NCBI GenBank assembly: GCA_049512075.1
Contig: JBEKXL010000001.1
Coordinates: 1-64,000, forward strand
Source: Candidatus Bathyarchaeia archaeon
GTDB lineage: Archaea > Thermoproteota > Bathyarchaeia > Bathyarchaeales > Bathycorpusculaceae
Reading direction: 5' to 3'
Length of the DNA stretch: 64,000 nt
Numbering within the stretch: the first letter of the stretch is position 1; each line of letters starts with the position of its first letter. A program made the position numbers and the translations under genes. Of this stretch, positions 28,579 through 38,746 are shown piece by piece. A model generated the notes under the pieces. That model ran no database searches. It saw only the letters and a list, made by a program, of their open reading frames with translations, and had not been told where the DNA came from.

Positions 28579-28863
28579 TCATCCTCCGTGCACGATTGGG
28601 ACAAAAACCACTTCGTCCCCATCTTTGATCATTGTTTCGAAACCGTCCAAGACGCTCATCTCTTTTCCATTCACGATTACAAGCATGTTAGTTTTCGGGC
28701 CTTCAGATTCTGGATCGATCAAAGCTGGCTCAAGTTTGGGCAGTTCTTTGGCAATCATCTTGACAACGTCTCTGATTGGAGAAGATCCTTCAAGCCTGAG
28801 TTCAAGCATGTTCTTGCCGGAAAGACTGCGGAAAGAACCTATGAACTTAACGCCTACAGCCAT
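28579..28863 (-). CDS. MoaD/ThiS/SAMP ubiquitin-like protein
   Basis: VIVNG..DGDEVVFVPIVHGG di-glycine C-terminus. Confidence 0.9.
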   Translation of the reverse strand: MAVGVKFIGSFRSLSGKNMLELRLEGSSPIRDVVKMIAKELPKLEPALIDPESEGPKTNMLVIVNGKEMSVLDGFETMIKDGDEVVFVPIVHGG

Positions 28864-28881
28864 TCTATTGTTCCTTCTCAA

Positions 28882-30258
28882 TCACAAAACCACTATCACA
28901 GACACATCGTTGACGTTTGTGCCAGTGGGTCCGGTGAGGATGAGGTCGCCGAGCCTTGAAAAGAAGTGATACGAGTCATTTTCGGCCAGAAACTTTTCAG
29001 GAGCTAAACCCATTTTCAGAGCCCTTATCACTGTTTTCCCATCGATCACCGCTCCTGCTGCATCGGTCGGTCCGTCTACACCGTCTGTGCTGAGAGAAGC
29101 CAGTGCTATTCCCTCGGACCCTTTGAGTCGTGAGGCAGCGGCCAACGCCAGTTCCTGGTTTCTTCCACCTAGCCCCTTTCCTGTTACGGTCACGGTTGTT
29201 TCTCCGCCTGCAACTATGCCTGCAGGTTTTGGAGCGGGATTTGCAGAAACTGAAACTTCTGTGGCTATTGAGGCTAGCATGACGCCTATATGTCGAGCTT
29301 CCCCTTCCATGGTCGCAGTCAACAAGAGCGTATTGAGATCCGCAGTTTTCAGCTGTTCACAGGCGGCCAAGCTTGAGGATCTGTTGTTTCCGACCACGAC
29401 GTTGTAGACCCTCCTGAATGCTTCATCATCGGCCTTGGGGGTTTCCGGGATAAGTCCCTTCTCGCCCTTTGACAATACCTTTCTAATAGACTCTGGAGCC
29501 GTAGCCCATAGACTGTACTTCTTCAAGACGTCTATGGCTTCTTTGAATGTTGTTGAGTCGGGAACTGTTGGGCCTGAAGCAATAAAGTCTAGAGGATCAC
29601 CCACAACGTCAGAGAGGATGAGGTTCAGAATCGTGGCGGGATAAGCCTTTTTTGCCAGCCAGCCACCCTTGAAGTCTGAAATGTGTTTTCGGACCGTGTT
29701 GACCTCGTTTATCGTTGCTCCTGACTTCAACAAAGCCTGCGTCATCTCCCTCTTATCTGCAAGTGAAATGTTCCCACGTGGGAGAGGCATCAGGCTTGAA
29801 CCGCCTCCCGAAATCAAGCATATAATTAAGTCGTTGCGTTCTGCTTGTTCCACTATGTCCAGCATGCGTCGCGTTCCTTCAACTCCTGCCTCGTCCGGAA
29901 CCGGATGGTTCGCTTCGTGAAGCTTGATTCTGCTTGTTCTGTTCTTGCTGCCGTGAGGAACGTTGACGAGCCCGCCTGTTACTCGCTCGCCGAGAATCTG
30001 TTCAAGCGCTTCAGCCATTGATCCACTTGCTTTGCCACCGCCCACAACGTAAACACTCTTCAGTTTCTCCAGATTGAAAGAGAGCTCATCAACCGTCAGC
30101 GTCGAGTCATCGAGAAAAAGCTTAGATTTCAACATCTGCTTTGGATCAACTGCGTTCAGCGCAGTTTGAAGACTCGTTAGAGCCAATTTCCTTGCTTTTC
30201 GGTTGAGCCGGGTCTCTCCGTTCTCGACAAGCTGTACCATGTTCCTAATCGCAATCAT
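28882..30258 (-). CDS. Glycerate 2-kinase (MOFRL family)
   Basis: GGGKAS, HPVPD, ISGGGSSL, GGETTV..GGRNQE, TDGVDG and TGTNVND motifs. Confidence 0.93.
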   Translation of the reverse strand: MIAIRNMVQLVENGETRLNRKARKLALTSLQTALNAVDPKQMLKSKLFLDDSTLTVDELSFNLEKLKSVYVVGGGKASGSMAEALEQILGERVTGGLVNVPHGSKNRTSRIKLHEANHPVPDEAGVEGTRRMLDIVEQAERNDLIICLISGGGSSLMPLPRGNISLADKREMTQALLKSGATINEVNTVRKHISDFKGGWLAKKAYPATILNLILSDVVGDPLDFIASGPTVPDSTTFKEAIDVLKKYSLWATAPESIRKVLSKGEKGLIPETPKADDEAFRRVYNVVVGNNRSSSLAACEQLKTADLNTLLLTATMEGEARHIGVMLASIATEVSVSANPAPKPAGIVAGGETTVTVTGKGLGGRNQELALAAASRLKGSEGIALASLSTDGVDGPTDAAGAVIDGKTVIRALKMGLAPEKFLAENDSYHFFSRLGDLILTGPTGTNVNDVSVIVVL

Positions 30259-30354
30259 CTGTATGGCCCATTGCAGTTTTTTCAATGGTTAGTGCGTAAG
30301 TGTAATAAGTCAACGCTAATAAAGAATTCCGCAAATCAATGTTTGGTGAACTGC

Positions 30355-31359
30355 ATGCCAAAACTAGAGATATACGTCACGCGACAACTGCCAGAGAGAG
30401 GCTTGAAAATAATAAGGAAATACTTCGACACCGAAGTCTGGCCAGAATATGGCCCGCCGCCGAAGAAGACTATAATAGAAAAGGCCAAGAACGTGGACGC
30501 CCTTGCCACACTTTTGTCCGACAAGATAGACACCGAAGTCTTTGACGCTGCACCGAAATTGAAGATTGTCTCACAGCTGGCGGTAGGCTTCGACAACATA
30601 GACCTGCAAGAAGCCACTAAGAGAGGCATCTACGTCACGAACACGCCTGAAGTGCTGACCGATACCACCGCAGACTTCGCATGGGCTTTACTTATGGCAG
30701 TCGCGAGACGAGTCGTTGAGGCAGACAAGTATGTTCGCACTGGCCAATGGAAGGTCGGATGGCACCCTGACATGATGACGGGCCGAGACGTTCATGGCGC
30801 AACCATAGGCATCGTGGGCGCTGGCAGAATAGGCTATGCGATGGCGAAGAGAGCAAAAGGGTTCGACATGAAAATCCTCTTCTACGATGTCATCCCACGA
30901 CCAGAGATGGAAAAAGACTTCGGTGCAAAACGCATGGACCTTGACGCGCTACTGAAGGAAGCGGACTTCGTCAGCATTCACGTTCCGCTCATGAAAGAAA
31001 CGCATCACTTGATGAACGAACAAAAATTGAAGTTGATGAAGAAAACGGCCTACTTGATAAACAATTCACGCGGACCAGTTGTTGACGAAAAGGCCCTGTA
31101 CAAGGCATTGAAAGAAGGTTGGATAGCCGGTGCAGGACTGGACGTTTTCGAGCAAGAACCAGCGCCAGTGGACAGTCCGCTGCTTAAGCTTGACAGCGTT
31201 GTGGTCGCTCCGCACATTTCAAGCGCAAGTCTTGAGACCCGCTCGAAAATGGCTGAGATGGTGGCAGATAACCTCGTCTCCTTCTTCGAAGGAAAGAAGC
31301 CGCCGAACCTTGTCAACCAAGATGTGCTGAAAGTGCGTCCATTGTCAAAGCAGATTTAA
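30355..31359 (+). CDS. gyaR: Glyoxylate/hydroxypyruvate reductase (D-2-hydroxyacid dehydrogenase)
   Basis: VGFDNID, NTPEVLT, GAGRIG, NNSRG, LDVFEQEP and PHISS motifs. Confidence 0.9.
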   Translation: MPKLEIYVTRQLPERGLKIIRKYFDTEVWPEYGPPPKKTIIEKAKNVDALATLLSDKIDTEVFDAAPKLKIVSQLAVGFDNIDLQEATKRGIYVTNTPEVLTDTTADFAWALLMAVARRVVEADKYVRTGQWKVGWHPDMMTGRDVHGATIGIVGAGRIGYAMAKRAKGFDMKILFYDVIPRPEMEKDFGAKRMDLDALLKEADFVSIHVPLMKETHHLMNEQKLKLMKKTAYLINNSRGPVVDEKALYKALKEGWIAGAGLDVFEQEPAPVDSPLLKLDSVVVAPHISSASLETRSKMAEMVADNLVSFFEGKKPPNLVNQDVLKVRPLSKQI

Positions 31360-31438
31360 ACGTGAGATCATCATAGACCCACCTGCAAATAGTTAAATAC
31401 CCCTTTTCTTCTTACCTTCAATTTCCTTTCAGCACAAG

Positions 31439-32620
31439 GTGACTCATGTGGACTCTATCTTTGCAGATAGAATGAAAACTCTTGGAACGGAAACAGCCTT
31501 CGAGGTGCTCGCAAAGGCCAAGGCGCTTGAGAAGCAGGGAAAAGAAATTGTGCACTTGGAGATAGGCGAACCGGACTTTGACACGCCAAAGAACATAAAA
31601 GAGGCAGCAGCTAAAGCGCTGAGTTCAGGCTACACGCATTACACTCCATCTGCAGGCATGCCGGAACTGAGACAAGCTGTGGCAGACTACATTTCCAAAA
31701 CCAGAAAACTGGACGTGAAACCGGAAGAAGTGGTCATCACACCTGGCGGAAAGCCGATAATGTTCTTCAGCATCTTAGCGTTGGTGAACCCTGGCGACGA
31801 AGTCCTGTATCCAAACCCAGGCTTCCCAATATACGAATCTATGATAAACTTTGTCGGCGCCAAACCCGTTCCAATACAACTCAAAGAGCAGAACGAGTTC
31901 GGCCTTGACCCTGAATACGTCAAGAAGATGATAACGAAAAAGACCAAGATGATCATTCTCAACTCTCCAGAAAACCCGACAGGCGGAGTGGTAACGCGAG
32001 AACAGCTCAAAGTAGTAGCTGACAGCATATCCGGCAGAAATGACGTGTTTGTGCTTTCAGACGAAATCTACAGCAGAATAATCTACGAAGGCAAGCACGA
32101 AAGCATAACGCAATTCCCGGGAATGAAGGACAAGACAATCCTTTTGGACGGGTTCTCAAAAACGTATGCCATGACCGGCTGGAGACTCGGCTACGGAGTT
32201 ATGAGAAAGGACTTGGCTGAAAAAGTTGCCCAACTGATGACGAACTCAAACTCGTGCACCTGCGCTTTCACCCAATTAGCCGGGGTTGAAGCCTTAACAG
32301 GACCGCAGAAAGAACCAGAAAGAATGGTTGAGGAATTCAGAAAGAGACGAGAAGTGATAGTTTCCGGCCTGAACAACATCGAGGGCATAACATGCAAAAA
32401 GCCACATGGAGCTTTCTACGTGTTTCCGAACATCACGGGAACAGGCATGGACTCTCGCACGCTCCAAGACCACCTGCTCAACAACGCTGGCGTGGCAGTT
32501 CTAGCAGGCACATCCTTCGGAAAATACGGTGAAGGCTACCTGCGCTCATCCTTCGCCAACTCCGTTGAAAACATAAAGAAAGCCTTAGACCGCATAGCAA
32601 AGGCTGTTAAGAAAAAATAA
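31439..32620 (+). CDS. Class I/II PLP-dependent aminotransferase (AspC-like)
   Basis: IGEPDFDTP, NSPENPTG, SDEIY and GFSKTYAMTGWRLG motifs. Confidence 0.93.
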   Translation: MTHVDSIFADRMKTLGTETAFEVLAKAKALEKQGKEIVHLEIGEPDFDTPKNIKEAAAKALSSGYTHYTPSAGMPELRQAVADYISKTRKLDVKPEEVVITPGGKPIMFFSILALVNPGDEVLYPNPGFPIYESMINFVGAKPVPIQLKEQNEFGLDPEYVKKMITKKTKMIILNSPENPTGGVVTREQLKVVADSISGRNDVFVLSDEIYSRIIYEGKHESITQFPGMKDKTILLDGFSKTYAMTGWRLGYGVMRKDLAEKVAQLMTNSNSCTCAFTQLAGVEALTGPQKEPERMVEEFRKRREVIVSGLNNIEGITCKKPHGAFYVFPNITGTGMDSRTLQDHLLNNAGVAVLAGTSFGKYGEGYLRSSFANSVENIKKALDRIAKAVKKK

Positions 32621-32626
32621 ACCTCT

Positions 32627-33004
32627 CTAATCTTCCACTTTTTCCTCGGTCAGAGTCTCAACTATGTCGGAGGCTAGACGCACTAGATCGTCGGCCTGTT
32701 TCATGGCCTTCTCGCCGTCGACTTCTTCAATCTGGGTCAACTGCTGAAACATCGCCTCAATTTCAACCAGAAACCTCAAAATGGGATCCGTAATCGGAGC
32801 CTGCGTCTTCTCAGCCGTTTCCCTCACAACTATCTCCACGAAGGCGGGCTCTCCCAGACTGTAGTAGATGGCGTTCCTAGCTTTTCTGATGGCCTCCAGA
32901 ACCAAGCTTGGAGCCATGTAGGGCATTTTTCTTGCGGCCTGAAGCTCCGCCTTTGCTTCGCGCAAGTATCGCAATGCCCAGCTTCGTCTGTAATCATCCA
33001 TCAT
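32627..33004 (-). CDS. Hypothetical all-alpha protein, possibly HEPN-like
   Basis: YLREAKAELQAA..ARNAIYYSLG helical pattern; no RxxxxH motif. Confidence 0.55.
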   Translation of the reverse strand: MMDDYRRSWALRYLREAKAELQAARKMPYMAPSLVLEAIRKARNAIYYSLGEPAFVEIVVRETAEKTQAPITDPILRFLVEIEAMFQQLTQIEEVDGEKAMKQADDLVRLASDIVETLTEEKVED

Positions 33005-33053
33005 TACTGTTCGCCCTTAATTCGACTGAAAGAACAGCCGAGTTTAAGCAAGG

Positions 33054-33320
33054 CTACGCGCCCTCTGGCGCTTCCTCCGTCGATTCCGCCCCTTCCGGCT
33101 CTACTCCCTCGGAGGTCTCCTCTTGCAGTTGCCTTTGTTCTGCCGCCACAAACCGAGTTATGTAGCCCGCGATCTGGTTCAGAACCTTGGGCGTTCCTCC
33201 CTGCACTAGACTGTTAACCAAATGCTTGTTGTTCTCAAAATCATTAGAGAATTTGTCAGGAAATCGTTTGATAAGCTCCTTAGCTGTTCGTTTGATTTGT
33301 TCTGTTCGCACGTTCCCCAA
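33054..33320 (-). CDS. rps17e: 30S ribosomal protein eS17
   Basis: MGNVRTEQIKR..DFENNK..NQIAGYITR. Confidence 0.95.
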   Translation of the reverse strand: MGNVRTEQIKRTAKELIKRFPDKFSNDFENNKHLVNSLVQGGTPKVLNQIAGYITRFVAAEQRQLQEETSEGVEPEGAESTEEAPEGA

Positions 33321-33543
33321 ACTTCACGGTCCTCCGAATGCTCTTGACTTTCTACTCACTCCAACGCAAGTAAATTCTAGTTTGAACTGTCATAAACCAA
33401 CCATACTAATTTAAGCTTACCCCATAGCAATTGCAAAATGCCCTATCCAAGACACATCGGAACCATCCGTGCCAATCGCTTGCAGACAGAACCTCATCCC
33501 TTAAGCGCAAAGCAGACAAGACTGAAATCAAACAAGTTCATCT

Positions 33544-34323
33544 TCACTCCAGCTTCACATCAAAGAAATCTTGGAAATTCCTCAGTATCTGCTCCGCAAC
33601 TTCTTCTGCGCTCATGTTTTTTACCTCTGCGAAGGCCGCAATCACGTTGGGGATAAAAGCGGGTGTCGTTCTTTTTCCTTCAAAAGGTTTTTTGAAAAAG
33701 CGAACGGGCCCGTCAGTCTCTGTTAACAGATTGGTCAAGGGCACCATTTTGACCACGTCACGTATGCCGTCTGAATAGGCTGCCGGCGGCCCCTCAGTGA
33801 TATAGTAACCTCTTTCGACAGCCTTAACGAGCGCGCTGATGGGATTGCTGAACCAGTGCAGCAACACCTTCTTGAGCTTGTAGGAGGGAAGCATGTCGAC
33901 AATCTGGACAGTCGTGCCCCGTGAATGGATAATAGCGGGCAGACCAAGCTTCTCAGCCAAACGCAGCATCAAATCAAAAACTTTCACCTGTTTATCCCAT
34001 ATCTCCATATACTTGGAATCCAGCCCTATCTCGCCCAAAGCGACAAACGCCCTATTCCCCCTCTGCGCTGAAATCAACTGTAACACTTGATTAAGCTCAT
34101 CCTCCTTCAGACCCTTCACAGTCCAGGGATGGATACCCAACGCAGCATAGACCATCCCAGGATGTCGCTCTGTCACTTCTAAGGTTCCTTGGCAGGTTTT
34201 CAGGTCTATGGAGTTTGAAACCAAGGCCACCACACCTGAGTTCTTGGCTTCAGTCAGAACTTCACTGACAACTCCAGCATACTCCTCGTCTGAAAGATGA
34301 ATGTGCGCGTCAACAAACTTCAT
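33544..34323 (-). CDS. tatD: TatD-family deoxyribonuclease
   Basis: DAHIH, GIHP, GEIGLD, IHSR, LHWF and ETDGP motifs. Confidence 0.93.
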   Translation of the reverse strand: MKFVDAHIHLSDEEYAGVVSEVLTEAKNSGVVALVSNSIDLKTCQGTLEVTERHPGMVYAALGIHPWTVKGLKEDELNQVLQLISAQRGNRAFVALGEIGLDSKYMEIWDKQVKVFDLMLRLAEKLGLPAIIHSRGTTVQIVDMLPSYKLKKVLLHWFSNPISALVKAVERGYYITEGPPAAYSDGIRDVVKMVPLTNLLTETDGPVRFFKKPFEGKRTTPAFIPNVIAAFAEVKNMSAEEVAEQILRNFQDFFDVKLE

Positions 34324-34550
34324 TGACAACCACTTTGAACACCACTCATACAACATCTGCTTTTATAAATTCGCCTGGGAACAAGCTTTTAACAAGCTTT
34401 TTTCACTTATGTCTAAACCTCCAGTTTGTTTCCAAGATGCGCTGTTCTCAGTCGAACTCAAGAGTACGTGAGTTGTCCCTAGTAGCGCGCGCGGAACCGA
34501 TAAGCCTAAATACGGCTTTAAATAGTAAAAGAGGCTACGGAGGACTCTTT

Positions 34551-34772
34551 GTGGTCGATTTAGAGTTGGCTGTAGCCCCAATGCATAGACTGTGCAAAAA
34601 GGCTGGAGCTGACAGAGTTAGCGAAGCAGCAGCGAAAGAGCTAGCAAAAGCCTTAGGGGAAATCGGCGTAAAAATCGCCAAAGAAGCTCTAGACTTCGCA
34701 ATGCACGCTGGAAGAAAAACTATAAAGTCTGAAGATATCGAAATCGCAGCCAGAAAAGTCATGGGCAAATAA
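34551..34772 (+). CDS. Archaeal histone
   Basis: [34 protein letters not shown]; GGAGG before GTG 34551; TTTAAATA upstream. Confidence 0.95.
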   Translation: MVDLELAVAPMHRLCKKAGADRVSEAAAKELAKALGEIGVKIAKEALDFAMHAGRKTIKSEDIEIAARKVMGK

Positions 34773-34898
34773 ACCTTTTTTCCCAGTTTCTCCTTTCTTT
34801 TTATCAAAATGGCGCAGACCGATACAATCGAATACCTGTCTTAATGTGGAAAACCCTTAAGAACTTCGAACAGACTTCAATATCAGAAGCTGATAAAC

Positions 34899-35222
34899 AT
34901 GGGTGGAAAGAAGAAGCTCAACCTGAAACAAATGGAACGAATGCAAGACAAGAAGGATGAGGAGGACAAAGAAAAGAAGAAGAAAGAGAAAGGCGGAGCA
35001 CCGAAAGAAAAGAGAGCTTCGGCAGTGGTCCCGCCAGACGCGAAAAACGACAAAATCATCGCTGAGCTTAAGAAAATGCACGTTTTAACCCCTTACGCCG
35101 TATCCACTCGATACAACATAAGAATTAGCGCCGCCAAGGATTTCTTGGAGGAGCTACAACAAAACGGCACGATTCAACTCGTTTCTGGAAGCCACAACAT
35201 CAAAATATACAAGGCAGACTGA
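34899..35222 (+). CDS. rps25e: 30S ribosomal protein eS25
   Basis: Lys-rich N-terminus; LTPYAVSTRYNIRISAAKDFL..IY. Confidence 0.9.
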   Translation: MGGKKKLNLKQMERMQDKKDEEDKEKKKKEKGGAPKEKRASAVVPPDAKNDKIIAELKKMHVLTPYAVSTRYNIRISAAKDFLEELQQNGTIQLVSGSHNIKIYKAD

Positions 35223-35292
35223 ACCCTTCCCACCTTAGCAACTCATTCGTCTACGCATGTGTCCGATCGACTGTTAGAAGGTTAGAACCTGT

Positions 35293-35772
35293 TTGGATTT
35301 TCCCAGGAGAATCTACACAGAAGAGGAAGTCAACAAGGCCAGAGAACTGGTTGAGAAGGGATACAAACACAGTTTGATATCTGAAGGCAGTCCAGCCTTC
35401 AAGCAGAAGGTAAAAAGAGCACTCGAACTGGTCAAAGCTGCGGGTTACTGCGATTTTTTGAGAACTTACATTCGTGCAATAAAGGAGATTGACGGCCTGA
35501 CCCAGCTCCGACAGGCTGACGCTGCAATATGGGCGAACATGTACGCCGTGGAGAATCCCGTTGACGCGGCCAGTCTTCTTGTGCAAAAGGCCAACTACAT
35601 GAAGGAATACCTGGAGGGCAAGCTCTACTATGGTGGAGCAGCGGAGAAACGTTCAGACGAAAAACGCATAGAATTTCTCAAAGTGTTAGAAACCAAGAGT
35701 CAGGAAAAGCAGGTTAGAGAAGAGTGTGAGAGAATCCTGAAGCTGTGGAGAGAGGGTTACTGGGTGTATTAG
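35293..35772 (+). CDS. Hypothetical protein
   Basis: 159 aa ORF with protein-like composition; no family recognised. Confidence 0.65.
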   Translation: MDFPRRIYTEEEVNKARELVEKGYKHSLISEGSPAFKQKVKRALELVKAAGYCDFLRTYIRAIKEIDGLTQLRQADAAIWANMYAVENPVDAASLLVQKANYMKEYLEGKLYYGGAAEKRSDEKRIEFLKVLETKSQEKQVREECERILKLWREGYWVY

Positions 35773-36152
35773 ACGCTTTCAACCCTGATTTTTGTTCCGC
35801 TCTTCACCCTTTTGAATAGCTCAAGGTTCGCAGTGACTTTGCCCAAGATGCTCACAGGGCTGTAAGGCTGCGAGCTGCCATGGAAGATGCATATGGCGCT
35901 TCCCATCGGCCAAAACGCGATGGTGCCGACCTCGACGGTGCCCTTGGCCTTCTCTTCTCCCATCTTAATCGGCGTTCCGAAGTACACCTCTTCCTTCCAC
36001 ATTGCCACTCTGCCCTCTATGGGTAGTTTCCTCACTATCAGATCCACAGTCCTAGGCGCGAGAAAGCGAACCAGTTCTCCTTCTGCCTCGCCCAGACCCT
36101 CGACTATAAACTTTACTTTTACGCGGGATATCTCTGCTTTTTCTTCACTCAT
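35769..36152 (-). CDS. Cyclophilin-like fold protein (DUF369/TM1367 type)
   Basis: APRTV..LPI..WKEEVYF..GTIAFWPMGSAICIF..SPV. Confidence 0.85.
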   Translation of the reverse strand: MSEEKAEISRVKVKFIVEGLGEAEGELVRFLAPRTVDLIVRKLPIEGRVAMWKEEVYFGTPIKMGEEKAKGTVEVGTIAFWPMGSAICIFHGSSQPYSPVSILGKVTANLELFKRVKSGTKIRVESV

Positions 36153-37483
36153 TTTTCTTTCCGTCTTCTTTGAATGAACTCGTCCAGTATCTGCTCGAGA
36201 GAAACTGGCCCCAAAACTTTGAGCTCATACTTCACTCTTACAGTGGGCTTGTTAATAGCTATGACTCTTCTGAGGTCGATGGGTGTCCCGATGACTACAA
36301 CGTCGCAGGGTGTCCGATCGATGGTCTCCTTTAGCTCCGCTATCTGTTTTTCACCGTAACCCAACGCAGGAAGAACGGCCCCCAAATGCGGGTACTTCCT
36401 GTACGTTTCCTTTATCGAGCCCACCGCGTAAGGTCTTGGATCAACCAGCTCAGACGCACCAAAATTCTTCGCGAACACCACGCCGGCTCCATAGGACATG
36501 CCACCGTGCGTTACCGTGGGTCCATCCTCAATCGCCAGGACTCTCTTTCCCCGGACAGCTTCTGGATTCTCAGCGGTTATGGGTGAAGCCGCTTCCAGCA
36601 CTGTAGCCTTTGGATTAACGGACTTTATGTTTTCTCTCACTTGTTTGACCTTCTGTGGATCAGCAGTGTCAACCTTGTTTATTATAATGACATTCGCCAT
36701 TCGCAGGTTGGTTTCACCGGGGTAGTATGTCAACTCGTTTCCTGCCCTGTGAGGGTCGGCCACGACGATGTTTAGATCAGGTCTGTAGAACGACATGTCG
36801 TTGTTGCCTCCGTCCCACACTATCACGTCGGCTTCTGTCTCGGCTTCTCTCAGAATCTCTTGATAGTCAACTCCTGCGTAGACGATTATTCCGTTGTCGA
36901 TGTGCGGCTCGTACTCTTCTCTTTCCTCAATCGTGCACTCATACCTGTCCAAATCCGCGTAAGAAGCGAAGCGCTCGCACACCTGTTTTCTCAAATCTCC
37001 ATAGGGCATCGGATGTCTAACAGCTGCAACGTTCAGACCTTTGCTCTTCAAGATCTTTGCAACCTGCCGGGAGGTTTGGCTCTTGCCTGATCCTGTTCTG
37101 ACTGCGCACACGGAGACAACGGGGACCTCAGCCTTCAGCATAGTTGTCTTGGGCCCCATCAGACGAAAGTCCGCACCGTTTGCCAAAACTAAGGAAGCCT
37201 TGTGCATAACATACTCATGGGAAACGTCGCTGTAAGCGAAAACAACCTGGTCAATATCATGCTCTCTTATCAGTCCGGGGAGCTCCTCCTCCGAGCATAT
37301 TGGTATCCCATCCGGGTACTTTGAGCCGGCAAGCTCGGTCGGATAGCGGCGTCCTTCTATTCCAGGTATCTGGGTGGCTGTAAAGGCCACGACGTCATAT
37401 GCGTCGTTGTCTCGGAAGTGAACGTTAAAGTTGTGGAAGTCTCTCCCGGCGGCGCCCATTATTATAACCTTGATTTTCTGCAT
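36149..37483 (-). CDS. COG2403 P-loop protein (cDPG synthetase-like / arginine synthetase ArcE-like)
   Basis: GAAGRDFHNFN, RTGSGKS, RHPMPYG, EEREEYE, WDGGNND and EDGPT motifs. Confidence 0.85.
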   Translation of the reverse strand: MQKIKVIIMGAAGRDFHNFNVHFRDNDAYDVVAFTATQIPGIEGRRYPTELAGSKYPDGIPICSEEELPGLIREHDIDQVVFAYSDVSHEYVMHKASLVLANGADFRLMGPKTTMLKAEVPVVSVCAVRTGSGKSQTSRQVAKILKSKGLNVAAVRHPMPYGDLRKQVCERFASYADLDRYECTIEEREEYEPHIDNGIIVYAGVDYQEILREAETEADVIVWDGGNNDMSFYRPDLNIVVADPHRAGNELTYYPGETNLRMANVIIINKVDTADPQKVKQVRENIKSVNPKATVLEAASPITAENPEAVRGKRVLAIEDGPTVTHGGMSYGAGVVFAKNFGASELVDPRPYAVGSIKETYRKYPHLGAVLPALGYGEKQIAELKETIDRTPCDVVVIGTPIDLRRVIAINKPTVRVKYELKVLGPVSLEQILDEFIQRRRKEK

Positions 37484-37564
37484 GATGGAATCCTCCGTTA
37501 AAACCCCAAATCTGGGGGTTCAATACTAGCGCGCGCATTCCATATAAACCTTAACGTTGCGGCG

Positions 37565-38668
37565 CTATTTTAGTAATTGTAGGACACTGTCGCTTATGTA
37601 GTCTATTTGTTTCGCTGTGACTCCAGGATGGACTGGTAACGAGAACACCCGTTCTGAGGCTTTTTCTGTCTCTGGAAGTCTGTATCTGCCGAACTTGCGG
37701 TAGTAGGGCATGAGGTGTATTGGGTTCACGTAGCAGATGAACGCGTCTATTCCCTTCTGCTTCAGCTTCTCAACAACGTCGTCTCTCTTTTCCTTCTTTG
37801 CTTTTTTCAATCGGACAGTGTAGAGGTACCAGGAGCACTTGAAGCCCTCTGGTTCGCTTGGCAGTTGAAGACCCTTTGCCTTCTCGAGGTTTTCAGTGAG
37901 TCTTTTCGCGTTCTGGCGTCTTCTGGCCACAAACTTCGGCAGCTTTTTGAGTTGTTCGACACCTATGGCGGCTGCTATTTCCGGCATGTGGTAGTTGTGT
38001 CCAAGCATCAGAGATTGATACTTCTTTTTCTCTCCGTGACTGCGAATGTACCGTGGAATTTCCGCAATCTCGTCGCTGTTCGTTGTTATCATGCCGCCTT
38101 CGCCCGTTGTCATGTTCTTGCTTCCGTAGAAACTCCAGCACGCAGCGTCAGCAAAGGCTCCCGCAGGTTTTCCCTTGTACGTAGCTCCGTGAGCCTGAGC
38201 TGCATCCTCAATGATTTTGAGCCCATGCTTGTTGGCAATCTCTCTTATCGGCTGCACGTCAGCGGGCATGCCATACAGGTCAACCGGCATTATCGCCTTG
38301 GTCTTCTTCGTCACAGCCTTCTCAACCGCCTTCGGAGAAACGGTGTACGTGTCCGAGTTTATGTCAACAAAGACTGGTTTTGCTCTGTTGAAGACTACGA
38401 CCTCGGCTGTAGCCACAAACGTGAAGCTTGGCAAAATGACCTCGTCACCCGTCTTGACGCCAGCCGCTGCAAGAGCCGAATGAAGCGCAGCCGTTCCAGA
38501 GTTCATGGCTATTCCGTGCCTTGCCCTTACAAATCTGGCAAAGGCCTTCTCGAACTCTGTGACCTTCGGGCCTGCACCCAGGCCGGATGTGAGCACACCG
38601 CTCTTCAGGACTTTGACAACAGCTTCAATCTCTTCCTCGCCAATCTGCGGAGCATTAATCGATATCAT
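37565..38668 (-). CDS. DegT/DnrJ/EryC1/StrS nucleotide-sugar aminotransferase
   Basis: NSGTAALH, FTFVAT, EDAAQAHG and SFYGSKNMTTGEGG motifs. Confidence 0.93.
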   Translation of the reverse strand: MISINAPQIGEEEIEAVVKVLKSGVLTSGLGAGPKVTEFEKAFARFVRARHGIAMNSGTAALHSALAAAGVKTGDEVILPSFTFVATAEVVVFNRAKPVFVDINSDTYTVSPKAVEKAVTKKTKAIMPVDLYGMPADVQPIREIANKHGLKIIEDAAQAHGATYKGKPAGAFADAACWSFYGSKNMTTGEGGMITTNSDEIAEIPRYIRSHGEKKKYQSLMLGHNYHMPEIAAAIGVEQLKKLPKFVARRRQNAKRLTENLEKAKGLQLPSEPEGFKCSWYLYTVRLKKAKKEKRDDVVEKLKQKGIDAFICYVNPIHLMPYYRKFGRYRLPETEKASERVFSLPVHPGVTAKQIDYISDSVLQLLK

Positions 38669-38746
38669 CCCGACGCCTTCCAGTTACTATGTCGGTCTTA
38701 TGTTAATAACTTCCGCCTTTCGACTCAAGTTTGCAGGTCGAAGAGA

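Noticed and set aside
32627-33004. Possible HEPN toxin
   Set aside because: No RxxxxH motif and no adjacent nucleotidyltransferase antitoxin.
34323-34550. Apparent 76 aa N-terminal tail on the histone in the ORF track
   Set aside because: TATA-like box and GGAGG lie just before GTG 34551, so the extension is promoter DNA.
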